A DNA stretch of 64,000 bases. Origin: Bryobacterales bacterium (lineage in GTDB: Bacteria > Acidobacteriota > Terriglobia > Bryobacterales > UBA6623). The number at the start of each line of letters is the position of its first letter. The first letter of the stretch is position 1. Below the pieces are notes generated by a model that saw only the letters and a list, made by a program, of their open reading frames with translations, searched no databases and was not told the origin of the DNA. The DNA lies in assembly GCA_965214655.1 (NCBI GenBank), contig OZ243965.1:4186431-4250430 (forward strand), written 5' to 3'. Made by a program: the position numbers and the translations under genes. Below are positions 1 to 10,530 of this stretch, piece by piece.

Positions 1-120
1 GCCGATGAGGTCGGCGGTATAGCTGTAGTCGCCGGACTGGAGGCGGGAAGGTTCAGTAACAGTAATGTCTTCCGGTACGGCGCTTGGATCGAATTCCGCC
101 TCCCGTTGTTTCTCAGGCAT
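1..120 (-). CDS. Hypothetical protein, 5' part only (runs off window edge)
   Basis: Open minus-strand frame from ATG at 120 (MPEKQREAEFDPSAVPEDITVTEPSRLQSGDYSYTADLIG...) to position 1; no recognisable motif. Confidence 0.35.
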   Translation of the reverse strand, partial: MPEKQREAEFDPSAVPEDITVTEPSRLQSGDYSYTADLIG

Positions 121-261
121 TGGATTTCCCGACGAGCTTTCACGGATTCCTGGATCGACAGCGGTGTCTACTGCATCGGCGGCGGATTCCCTCAGTCCCA
201 CAACTGCAAGCAGAGGCATCCAATACACCATAGCGGCAGTTGCTATCCGCGCCGGCGGTTT

Positions 262-1134
262 CTAGCGCTCGGAACAGATTTCCTCGGAGCGCTCGCAGCG
301 CCGGTGCTCGAACTGCACGGTTGCATGGTGAATGTCGAAGCGGGTTTCGAGGAGGCGGTTGATGCGCTCGAGGATCGCGGCGGAAGAGGAAAGCGGACGG
401 TCGTCGATGACGGCGTGGCAGCTTAGCGCGTGCGAATGCGACGACAGACTCCAGATGTGCAGATCGTGAACGTCAATGACGCCCTCCACGCTGCGCAGCG
501 AGTTGCGCACTTCGTCGCGGGCCATGCCGCGGGGCAGGCCCTCCAGCAGGATGTTCAGGGATTCGCGAACGATGTCCCAGCCGCTCCACAAGATCAGCAC
601 GCCGATCAGAACGGAGAGCAGCGGGTCGATCCATTGGAGTCCCGTAGCGGCGATCGCGAACCCGCCGACGATGATGCCCAACGACGAGAGCGCGTCGCCC
701 AGCATGTGGACGAAGGCGCCGCGGATATTGATGTCGCGCTTGCTGTCGGCGCGCAGCGCGATCATCACGGCGATATTCACGATCAGACCGGCGGCGGCAA
801 CGACGATCATGATGTTTTCTTCGACTGCGCGCGGAGACAGGAAACGTTCGTAGCTTTCGTAAAAGATGAACAACGCCAGCGCAACCAGCGTGAGGGCGTT
901 GACGAAAGCCGCCAGGACGCCGGCGCGTTGGTAGCCGAAGGTCTTAGATTCGTCGGGGGGGCGGGTTTGCAGATAGACGGCGAACCAGGCGAGCCCGAGA
1001 GCCAGCGCGTCGGTGAAGTTGTGGCCGGCGTCGGAGAGCAGCGCCAAGCTGTCTGCGCGGATGCCGGCGGCGAGCTCGACGACGATAAAGGCGACTGTGA
1101 CCCAGAGCGAAAAGCTCAACTTTCGCCCGGTCAA
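262..1134 (-). CDS. Cation diffusion facilitator (ZitB/CzcD-like Zn/Co/Cd efflux)
   Basis: [14 protein letters not shown] signature, [17 protein letters not shown]-terminal domain, six hydrophobic segments. Confidence 0.93.
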   Translation of the reverse strand: MTGRKLSFSLWVTVAFIVVELAAGIRADSLALLSDAGHNFTDALALGLAWFAVYLQTRPPDESKTFGYQRAGVLAAFVNALTLVALALFIFYESYERFLSPRAVEENIMIVVAAAGLIVNIAVMIALRADSKRDINIRGAFVHMLGDALSSLGIIVGGFAIAATGLQWIDPLLSVLIGVLILWSGWDIVRESLNILLEGLPRGMARDEVRNSLRSVEGVIDVHDLHIWSLSSHSHALSCHAVIDDRPLSSSAAILERINRLLETRFDIHHATVQFEHRRCERSEEICSER

Positions 1135-1274
1135 GCGGTTGTGATCGTGCGTATGCAGGGCCTTCCTATCTTAGCCGTTTCACGGCGCCCGTTCGTCTCC
1201 GCCCGCCGCCGCGGCGCGGGACGCTGTGCGCCGGCCACGATGCGCTGCGCTCTGCCTATAATCGAATCAGCGCC

Positions 1275-2453
<1,179 letters not shown>

Positions 2454-2468
2454 GCCGCGCCCGGGCGG

Positions 2469-3650
2469 CTACAGGCGCAGCAGATCTTCCAGCAGAGCGC
2501 GGCAGTTCCGGCGGGTTGAGGCCGGGGCGCCGTCGTCCGGGACAAGAGTAATGCGCTCCTCGGGGACGTTCATCCGCCACAGGCGGTCTTTCGCCGCTTC
2601 GGAGACGGCCGCTCTGCGGTCGAGGCAGTCGTCGACGTCCAGCGACGCCGAGAACAGATCCCAATCTTCGCCGCCGTGCAGCACGTCGGCCGCCCGCAGC
2701 CCGGGGAGCTTTTCCTTGAGAGCGGGGAGCAGCGCATAGGCTTGCGGCAGGCCTTGCAGCAGCAAGGCGTCGAACTCCCAATTCAGCGCCAGAGAATAAA
2801 GGAATCGAGCGGTCAGCTCGGGCGGTGCGAGTCCGGCGGCGTCGTAAACCCGATCCGCTGCGCCGCTCCATGCAGGAAGCGGAGGCGCATCCCGGGAACG
2901 CCCTTCGGCCGGCCGTCGCAGCGCGCAGGCAAGGACGACTTCGACGCGCGAGCGGTCGACCCGGCCCGCGACCGCGCGCAGCGCGGCATCCGCTCCGCCC
3001 GCCTCCAGCCGCGGCGTGAAGACGCCCAGGCGCTTGCGCGGCCCCTTCGGCTGCACCGCGTAGTCCAGGGGATCGACGACCCGGCCGGCGACCAGCGCCG
3101 CGCGCGGCCGCGACCGGAGGTAAGGGCCGAGATCGAAGAGCGGCCTGCCGGCAAACGCGTTCAGACGCTCCTTGAGGAGCAGCGGAATCGACTTGGCGGC
3201 AGGCGTCCGGGGCGCGCGGAACGCAGAGGCGGGGGGCGGGCCGGCGGGAGCGGCGGGCCGCTCCGCGCCGCCTGCCGTAAAGCAACTCCAGGGCAAGCGG
3301 CGCACGCGGCCGCTGCGTTCCGATTCGGGCCGCTCCAGCATCCGCCGCGAGATTCCCAGCGGTCCCGCGCAGTGCCGCAGCGAGGGCGGCGGCGCCGTTC
3401 CGGTATCGAGCCAGGTTACCCAATCGGCGGCCTGCAAGCCCCACAGGCACTCTTCGAGCGTCTGCGGCTTGAGCGCCCTGCCTCCGGTCAGCCACAGGAA
3501 ACACGACGCTTCGGAATGCGCCGGCGCTTCCCGCTCGGAGACATTGACGAGGAGTTGATAGTCCCGCAGAGTCTGCCCGGAAAGGTTCGGGGCGCGCCCC
3601 CGCCCCTGCGCGACAACACAAATCGAGGGGCGAAGCGAAGGAGCGGGCAC
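2469..3650 (-). CDS. Glycosyltransferase-like protein (GT-B N-terminal region; may be incomplete)
   Basis: VFTPRLEAGGAD and AVSEAAKDRL...VPEERITLVP resemble the GT4 N-terminal lobe; no clear C-terminal nucleotide-sugar-binding lobe. Confidence 0.5.
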   Translation of the reverse strand: MPAPSLRPSICVVAQGRGRAPNLSGQTLRDYQLLVNVSEREAPAHSEASCFLWLTGGRALKPQTLEECLWGLQAADWVTWLDTGTAPPPSLRHCAGPLGISRRMLERPESERSGRVRRLPWSCFTAGGAERPAAPAGPPPASAFRAPRTPAAKSIPLLLKERLNAFAGRPLFDLGPYLRSRPRAALVAGRVVDPLDYAVQPKGPRKRLGVFTPRLEAGGADAALRAVAGRVDRSRVEVVLACALRRPAEGRSRDAPPLPAWSGAADRVYDAAGLAPPELTARFLYSLALNWEFDALLLQGLPQAYALLPALKEKLPGLRAADVLHGGEDWDLFSASLDVDDCLDRRAAVSEAAKDRLWRMNVPEERITLVPDDGAPASTRRNCRALLEDLLRL

Positions 3651-3766
3651 GTTTCAGCTTATCCGGCCGGGGCCGAACGGGAAAATCCGCATGCTGCATC
3701 CTTCGGGCGAGACGGCGGATTTTCTGCGCCCGCTATGCCTCGAGGGGGATTGCAGGCGTTACGGAG

Positions 3767-3841
<75 letters not shown>

Positions 3842-3878
3842 CGAAACCGAAAGGCCCGTGCGGGCCTTCATGGATTCC

Positions 3879-3954
3879 TGGAGCGGGAGACGGGACTCGA
3901 ACCCGCGACATCGACCTTGGCAAGGTCGCACTCTACCAGCTGAGTTACTCCCGC
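3879..3954 (-). tRNA. tRNA-Gly (GCC)
   Basis: Reverse complement GCGGGAGTAACTCAGCTGGTAGAGTGCGACCTTGCCAAGGTCG...GGTTCGAGTCCCGTCTCCCGCTCCA; GCC anticodon, encoded CCA. Confidence 0.97.
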
Positions 3955-4015
3955 CGGCCAGCTTTCAGTTTAGAAACGGCGCAAAGAGGCTGTCAAGCCA
4001 AGTCGCCGTCCTGCG

Positions 4016-5692
4016 TCAACTCTCCAGGATCACCGGCACGATGAGCGGGCGGCTCTGCCGCGACGTTTTCCGCGCCAGGTAGCGGCGCAGGTCGTCGCGC
4101 ACTTTCTCTTCCATGACGCCCCAGTCGCTTCGTTCCTCGCCGGAACTGCCGTTCACCGTGGCGACGATGACGTCGCCCGCTCCGGCAAGCAGGTCTTCGG
4201 TTTCTTGCGAGACGACAAAACCGCGGGAAAGGATCTCGGGCGGGTCCTCGGCCTTGCCCGTGCGCTGATTGATGCTGACGACCGGCACGAGCACGCCGAA
4301 TTCCGACAGATGCCGGCGGTCGCGGATCACCAGCTCCTCGACAATTTCGTCGCCGGTTCCGACGTCGATGAAAACGCGGCCGACCGGAACCTTCTCCTCG
4401 AGCTTGCGGGCGCCGAATTCGTCGAACTGCAGCACGTCGCCGCTTTCGAGGATGAACGCTTCCTCGAGCTCGCTGCCGAGGACGGCTTCGGCCAAGCGCG
4501 CGTGCAGCGAAAGCTGCCGGTATTCGCCGTGGGCGGGGACAAAGTAGCGCGGCTTCACGAGGTTCAGAATCAGCTTCAGCTCTTCGCGCGAGGCGTGGCC
4601 CGAGACGTGAATTCCAGGGTGCTCGTCGCCGTACAGAACTTCCGCGCCGCGCCTGTAGAGGTGGTCGACCAAACGGAAGATGGGCCGTTCGTTGCCGGGG
4701 ATGATCTTGGCGCTGAAAACAACCGTGTCCCCGTCTTCGACGACCGCCTGCGGGTGCTTGCCGACCGCCGCCCGCGATAGCGAGGAGAGCGGTTCGCCCT
4801 GGCTGCCGGCTATGATCGTCGTCCGCTGGGAGCGGTGCAGATTGCCGAGTTCTTGGGGACGGACGAGCGTGCCGCTCGGCATCCGCAGCAGGCCGAGATC
4901 GGCGGCCAGCTCGGAAGCCGTGACCAGGCTGCGCCCTACGAGCGCCACTTTCCGGCCGTAGGCGACCGAATGGTCGATGATCTGCTGCACCCGGTGGGCG
5001 GCCGAAGAAAAGCAGGTAAAGAACAGAGCATCCTTGGCGCGCGTAAAAATGTCGGCGAAGGCCGGCCCCACCGTTCTTTCCGAAGGGGTAAAGCCGCGGC
5101 GGTCGACGTTGGTCGAGTCCGAAAGGAGCAGCAGGACGCCGCGTTTCCCATAATCGGCGAAGGATGTCAGATCCATTACGCCCCCATCGACCGGCGTCTG
5201 GTCGATCTTGAAGTCGGCGGTGTGGATCACGTATCCCGCGGGCGTCTCGACCGCCAGCGCGACGCATTGCAGCGTGCTGTGGGTGACGTGAAGGAACTCG
5301 ATGTTGAAGCAGCCGATGCCGACGGTCTCGCCTGCCTTGACCGTCGTCAACCGCGGCTGCTCAGCGAGTCCGTATTCCTTCAGGCGACGCTTGACCAAAG
5401 CCAAGGTGAAGGCGGTCGCATAGACGGGTATGTCGATCTGCGACAGGACATAGCGAACCGCGCCGATATGATCCTCATGCCCGTGGGTCAGGACAAGCCC
5501 CCGAACGCGCTCGCGGTTATCCAGCAGATAGCGCAGATCGGGGACGATGACGTCGACGCCCAGTTGCTCGGCGCCGGGGAACAGAATGCCGGCATCGATC
5601 ACGACGATGTCGTCGCCGGACTCGAGAGCCAGCATGTTCATGCCGAATTCGCCGAGTCCGCCGAGCGGAATGACTCTCAATTGGCCGGCCAA
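4016..5692 (-). CDS. rnj: Ribonuclease J
   Basis: PLGGLGEFGMNM, THGHEDHIG metallo-beta-lactamase motif, GSQGEP, HVSGHA, PAHGEY. Confidence 0.96.
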   Translation of the reverse strand: MAGQLRVIPLGGLGEFGMNMLALESGDDIVVIDAGILFPGAEQLGVDVIVPDLRYLLDNRERVRGLVLTHGHEDHIGAVRYVLSQIDIPVYATAFTLALVKRRLKEYGLAEQPRLTTVKAGETVGIGCFNIEFLHVTHSTLQCVALAVETPAGYVIHTADFKIDQTPVDGGVMDLTSFADYGKRGVLLLLSDSTNVDRRGFTPSERTVGPAFADIFTRAKDALFFTCFSSAAHRVQQIIDHSVAYGRKVALVGRSLVTASELAADLGLLRMPSGTLVRPQELGNLHRSQRTTIIAGSQGEPLSSLSRAAVGKHPQAVVEDGDTVVFSAKIIPGNERPIFRLVDHLYRRGAEVLYGDEHPGIHVSGHASREELKLILNLVKPRYFVPAHGEYRQLSLHARLAEAVLGSELEEAFILESGDVLQFDEFGARKLEEKVPVGRVFIDVGTGDEIVEELVIRDRRHLSEFGVLVPVVSINQRTGKAEDPPEILSRGFVVSQETEDLLAGAGDVIVATVNGSSGEERSDWGVMEEKVRDDLRRYLARKTSRQSRPLIVPVILES

Positions 5693-5739
5693 ACTTTATC
5701 TCGCCTCATGTCCGCAAGCCTAGCACAGGCCGCGGGCGG

Positions 5740-6054
5740 CTAATCGAGGTCGATTTCCAGGCGCAGCAGCGCCGCGCCGAGGGTTTTGCCTTGCGCGTCG
5801 GTGCGCAGCGAGACGGTTCCGCCGCCGCCGAGCGCCTCGTGGAGCAGGAAATTCAACGCGCCGAGATTGGGCAGCTCGAAGCGTTCGACCCGGCCTTTGC
5901 AGATGCCCTGAAAGTGCGCTTTCACCCGCTCTGCCGTAACCTCGCGGACGAGCGCCGGGTAATGCTCGGGGCGGCGCGCGATCAGCCCGATGTTGACGGC
6001 GTCTCCCTTGTCGCCCGAGCGGACGTGGGCGATATTGAGCAGACGCGCCTTCAC
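5740..6054 (-). CDS. AtuA-related ferredoxin-fold protein
   Basis: AHVRSGDKGD, VERFELPNLGALNFLL, LGGGGTVSLRTDAQGK; GTG start at 6054 lies 6 nt after a TACAAT hexamer. Confidence 0.85.
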   Translation of the reverse strand: MKARLLNIAHVRSGDKGDAVNIGLIARRPEHYPALVREVTAERVKAHFQGICKGRVERFELPNLGALNFLLHEALGGGGTVSLRTDAQGKTLGAALLRLEIDLD

Positions 6055-6138
6055 CCGCGCATTGTAGCAGAGGCCCCTGTGGCGCCTCCGTTCCATGCGG
6101 CTACGGAGGCGCGTTTTCGGCTGCCGGCCGCCGGCGGG

Positions 6139-9100
6139 TTAAAAACTGTAGCGCAAGCTCATCTGGATGTTGCGGTTACTGCTTTTGCTGGTGATCTTGG
6201 CAAAGGTTCCGCTGTTCGGGTCGGCGTTCGGGTTGCCCCAGTTCGGATGGTTCGGGAAGTTGAACATCTCCAAGCGGTACTGGAACGAGTGCCGCTCGTT
6301 GACGGCGAACGTCTTGAAGACGCCTACGTTCCAGCTTTGGAACCCTTGCCGGTGCAGCAGGCTGTTGCGGTTCTGCGTGGACGAGAACGTGCCGGCCGCC
6401 GGAGCCGCCCATACGTCGGGATTGAAAAAGAAGTTGTCGTCCGCCGCTCCGTTCGAGAACTTCTGCCGGCTGCCGGGAAGCGCGGGGTCGCCCGTCGCCT
6501 CCCAGGGTTGGAAGCTGTTTACGCCGATGCCCGCAACGTCTTGTCTGCGGCCGACGGTGATCGGCTGGCCCGTCTGAAAGTGCGTAACGCCCGAGAGTTG
6601 CCAGCCGCCAAGCATTTTGCCGACCGCCTTCGAGCTGTCTTTGAAGAAAGGCAACTCATAGATGTAGTTGATGACAAGCACGTGGCGCGAGTCGAAGTCC
6701 GACCAGCCCCAGAAGTTCGAGTCGTCGTAGTTGTCGTAGATCTGGTCGCGGCGGCCGTCGGCGTTGTCTTCGCTTTCGGAGAACGTATAGGCAACGCCGA
6801 AGCTGAAGCCTTCGCTAAAGCGCCGGTTGAGGCCGATCTGCAAGCCGTTGTATTCCGACCGCGCGGCGTTTTCGTTCATGTTGACGGCCGCGAATCCCTT
6901 GTACGGCCGCAGGGCGTTCGTGTCGATTCCGTTGTTCGCGGGATCGTTGCGCGTACCCTTCGGCAGTTGGTTGATGTCGCGCACGCGCTCCATGTGCAGG
7001 CCGACGCGGCCAACGTAGCCGACCTCGAGAATGGCGCCGAAGCCGATCTCGCGTTCTACGGTGAAGTTCCAGTTCCAGGCCGAGGGAATCTTGAAGACCG
7101 GATCCTGGGTCATGAAAAATTGCGGAAACCCGGTGCGGGCGCCGCCGCCCGGATCGTCGGCTTGGCCGTTGGCGATGGACGCCATCGGCTGGAAAGGAGG
7201 ATTGCCTCCCAGAAAAATGTTGTCCGCGACGCCCGGCCGCGCGTAGAAGCGTCCGCCGCCGGCGCGAATCACGGTTTTTTCGCCGATGCGGTAGGCCAGA
7301 CCCACGCGCGGCTGGAAGTTCGTGTAATGGGTTTCGCCGTAGGTCTTGCCGCCGCCGGAGAAGAGGTGGTCGAACTCGCCCGAGTCGGCGACCGCCACGC
7401 GGCCCAGGGCTGCGTCCGGCCAACTCTTTCCGGGGATAATCACGCCGTTGAAACGGTTGCCGCCGAGCACGTTGCCGGTTTGCGGGTCTTGTATCACCGC
7501 GTCGTTGGGGTCGTAACGGCTCGGATCGAAGACCGCCATGTTCCGCCACAGGCTGTAGTAGTAGGGCTGTATCCAGGTGTGGCGCAGACCGAGCTCGATG
7601 CGCAACCGCTGCGTGGGTTTCCAGGAATCCTGCACGAACCAGTCCAGCATGTGGCTGCGGTAGGGCGTATAGGCGCGGGGTCCGATTTCGGCGTAAGTGC
7701 TGAACAAGCCCAGCGCGGCGTTGGCTACGGCGAGGCCCGATCCGCCCGGGCGGCCGTCGGTGAACACAAAACGTCCGTTCTGATTGTTCGTGCCGCCGGG
7801 AACGCCGGAGACGTTGATCTGGTCGAAGTCGTTCTGTCCGGCGCGTTCCCAACGCACGCCGAACTTCAACGTGTGCGCGCCGCTTGTCTTGGTCGTGTTG
7901 TTCGATATCTGGTAGATCGGCCCGTATGAGGAGGCCGGATACGGCCCGCCGTCGATCCTTTGGAAGTTGTTGATGTCGATCGTTGGAATTTTGTCCTGGA
8001 TTTCCTTGCGCTCCGGGAACACATAGGGATAATCGATGCCGTACCGGCTGCGGTTCGCGCGCCCCTCGGTATTCGGAACGACCAGGTCGACACGGTCGAA
8101 GCTGAAGCTCGCCAGAAACTCGTTGACCAGGGTCGGGTTGATCGTGTAGATGTGGTTCAGCGTATAGGTTTGATTGGGACGGTCGATCGTGCGGTTGGCG
8201 CGGTCGGTGTTGCCGCGGAAAGCTTCGGCTTCGAAGAAGCCGAAGTTCTGGAAACGAAAACGGATGTTGTGCTTCTCGGTCGGATTGACGTCGATGGACA
8301 AGGTGTCCTTGCGCTGATCCGCGGGTTGCGGGCGGGTCTGGATGAAATTGCGCGTGCCTTGCAGGAAATTCGGCGTCGGCTCGGGAGCGGCGTTCAACAT
8401 GCCCAGACTGTTCGTCGTCAACCGGGCGGCGGGGATTGCGTTGTTCGGAAAAGGGTCGCCTGTATCCGGGTCGGTGACCGTGCGGACCCGCCGAAAGAAC
8501 GGATTCCCGGCATCGAGCAACTCGGAGAAGTCCCCTTGGCGCATGGCCGGGGTGGGGTGCGTGTTGGTGACGGTCCTTCCGCGCCGGCGGCGGACCCATT
8601 CCTGCCCCCACAGCCAGAACACCTTGTTGCGGTCGCGGTTGAAGTTGCCCAGCGTCAACGGCCCGTCGACGATGTAGCCGAATTGGTTGAACTGATTCTG
8701 CTCGCGCGGGCGTCCGGCGCGGTTATTGGACCAGGTGTTGGCGTCGAGTTTCTGATTGCGGAAGTATTCGTAGAAGCTGCCGTGCAAATCGCGGCCGCCG
8801 CTGCGCGTCACGAAGCGTATCTGCCCGCCGGCCGAGCGCCCGTACTCCGCGTTGTAGTTCGCGGTGAGAATTTGCATTTCCTGAACGGTCTCGAGATCCG
8901 CCGTGCCGATGGATGTGCCGTTCGCCCGCGTGCGCACGTTGACCGCGCCGTCGTAGGCGATGATGTTGTCCTGGCTGCGCGAACCGTTGATCGAAAATCC
9001 GCCGCTGGTCAGACCGAAGCTGAAGGCGTTGATCGACCCGTTGCGGCGGACGCCCGGCTTCAGCAACGCTAAGAAAAGCGGGTTGCGGCCATTCAGAATC

Positions 9101-9564
9101 GTGTTCTGGATCTGCTTTTGCTCGACCAATTTGCCGACCGTTGCGGTTTCGGACTGAATCCGCGCCACGTCCGCAACCACCTCGATCGTCTCGGTTACGG
9201 CGCCGAGCTCGAGGACGATATCTACGGTGGCCGGCAGGTTTGGGTCGAGCTTGTTTTGCGTGCTGACGGCCCGCTTGAAGCCCTCCGATTCCACCGCAAC
9301 CGTGTACAGTCCGGGCGGCAGGCTCGAAAGCACGTAATAGCCGTTTTCGTTGGTTTGCGTCGACCGTTCAAGGCCTGTTCCTTCATTGCTTGCGGCAACC
9401 GTTGCGCCGGGCACGACGGCGCCGGTGGCGTCCTTGACAAAGCCCGAGAGCTGGGTCGTGTCGGACTGTCCGTAAGCCGCATCGGGACCGACCGCGGCCG
9501 CGGCGAACAGGAACGCCGATCCTGCGAATTTCAGTATGCGATTCATGATTGAAACACCTCTCAA
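6139..9564 (-). CDS. TonB-dependent receptor, Oar-like, with carboxypeptidase regulatory-like domain
   Basis: Signal peptide, DATGAVVPGATV, NAEYGRSAGGQI plug motif, C-terminal RNIQMSLRYSF; start may be 9546. Confidence 0.92.
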   Translation of the reverse strand: MRGVSIMNRILKFAGSAFLFAAAAVGPDAAYGQSDTTQLSGFVKDATGAVVPGATVAASNEGTGLERSTQTNENGYYVLSSLPPGLYTVAVESEGFKRAVSTQNKLDPNLPATVDIVLELGAVTETIEVVADVARIQSETATVGKLVEQKQIQNTILNGRNPLFLALLKPGVRRNGSINAFSFGLTSGGFSINGSRSQDNIIAYDGAVNVRTRANGTSIGTADLETVQEMQILTANYNAEYGRSAGGQIRFVTRSGGRDLHGSFYEYFRNQKLDANTWSNNRAGRPREQNQFNQFGYIVDGPLTLGNFNRDRNKVFWLWGQEWVRRRRGRTVTNTHPTPAMRQGDFSELLDAGNPFFRRVRTVTDPDTGDPFPNNAIPAARLTTNSLGMLNAAPEPTPNFLQGTRNFIQTRPQPADQRKDTLSIDVNPTEKHNIRFRFQNFGFFEAEAFRGNTDRANRTIDRPNQTYTLNHIYTINPTLVNEFLASFSFDRVDLVVPNTEGRANRSRYGIDYPYVFPERKEIQDKIPTIDINNFQRIDGGPYPASSYGPIYQISNNTTKTSGAHTLKFGVRWERAGQNDFDQINVSGVPGGTNNQNGRFVFTDGRPGGSGLAVANAALGLFSTYAEIGPRAYTPYRSHMLDWFVQDSWKPTQRLRIELGLRHTWIQPYYYSLWRNMAVFDPSRYDPNDAVIQDPQTGNVLGGNRFNGVIIPGKSWPDAALGRVAVADSGEFDHLFSGGGKTYGETHYTNFQPRVGLAYRIGEKTVIRAGGGRFYARPGVADNIFLGGNPPFQPMASIANGQADDPGGGARTGFPQFFMTQDPVFKIPSAWNWNFTVEREIGFGAILEVGYVGRVGLHMERVRDINQLPKGTRNDPANNGIDTNALRPYKGFAAVNMNENAARSEYNGLQIGLNRRFSEGFSFGVAYTFSESEDNADGRRDQIYDNYDDSNFWGWSDFDSRHVLVINYIYELPFFKDSSKAVGKMLGGWQLSGVTHFQTGQPITVGRRQDVAGIGVNSFQPWEATGDPALPGSRQKFSNGAADDNFFFNPDVWAAPAAGTFSSTQNRNSLLHRQGFQSWNVGVFKTFAVNERHSFQYRLEMFNFPNHPNWGNPNADPNSGTFAKITSKSSNRNIQMSLRYSF

Positions 9565-9707
9565 TTTTGAGAGCCCTGCTCAGTGTCTCCCCGTTGTTCC
9601 TGTGTGTCAATGTCCTGGGTGTCAATTTTTGTTGATTCCGCCGTTGCCGTCATGGCCGGGCCGGAGCCGCGCAGCAAGTTGTATCGGCAAGACGCGCTTG
9701 ACGGATA

Positions 9708-10493
9708 ATGACGCGTATGCAATCGACAGGCGGCGAAGGCGCGCGAGAGACTTTCCGGGACTGCCCGGACTGCCCGCAGATGACGGTTGTGCCGGCGGGA
9801 AGTTTCCCGATGGGTTCGCCGCAGAGCGAGGAAGGCCGCGAAGACGGCGAGGGGCCGCGGCATGAAGTGCGCATCGAAAAGGCGTTCGCGGCAGGCGTCT
9901 ACGCGGTGACGTTCGCGGAGTGGGACGCTTGCGCGGCGGCAGGCGGGTGCGGCGGCTACAGCCCGCACGACGAGGGCTGGGGCCGCGGCAGGCGGCCGGC
10001 GATCAATGTCAGTTGGGACGATGCGCAGAGCTACGTGAGTTGGTTGCGCCGGAAAACGGGAAAACCGTATCGGTTGCTGAGCGAGGCGGAATGGGAGTAC
10101 GCCGCGCGGGCGGGGACGACAACGCGGTATTGCTTTGGGGACGACCTGTCGCCGCGCGAGGCGAATTACGGCGGGACGGCAGGCAAGACCCAGCAGGTAG
10201 GGAGCTACGCGCCGAACGGCTTCGGGCTGTACGACATGCACGGCAACGTATGGGAGTGGGTGCAAGACCGTTGGCACGGGAATTACGAGGGAGCGCCGAG
10301 CGATGGGACGGCCTGGGAAACGCAGAACATCGTCGAGCGGATGCAGGAGCGGAGGCACGGCGGCCGCCGCGTGTTGCGGGGCGGCTCCTGGAGCAACGAT
10401 CCGGCGGGCGTGCGCTCGGCGGCCCGCGCCAAGCTCGTCGCGGGTTTCCGCGGCGTCAGCGGGTTCCGCGTGGCCCGCGCGCTGACGGCTTGA
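9708..10493 (+). CDS. Formylglycine-generating enzyme (SUMF1/FGE-sulfatase) family protein
   Basis: FRDCPDCPQM, RLLSEAEWEYAARAG, NGFGLYDMHGNVWEW, RVLRGGSW, GFRVAR. Confidence 0.92.
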   Translation: MTRMQSTGGEGARETFRDCPDCPQMTVVPAGSFPMGSPQSEEGREDGEGPRHEVRIEKAFAAGVYAVTFAEWDACAAAGGCGGYSPHDEGWGRGRRPAINVSWDDAQSYVSWLRRKTGKPYRLLSEAEWEYAARAGTTTRYCFGDDLSPREANYGGTAGKTQQVGSYAPNGFGLYDMHGNVWEWVQDRWHGNYEGAPSDGTAWETQNIVERMQERRHGGRRVLRGGSWSNDPAGVRSAARAKLVAGFRGVSGFRVARALTA

Positions 10494-10530
10494 GTGAACG
10501 TATAGTAGAAGCAGTCTTTTCGCTTGCGTT

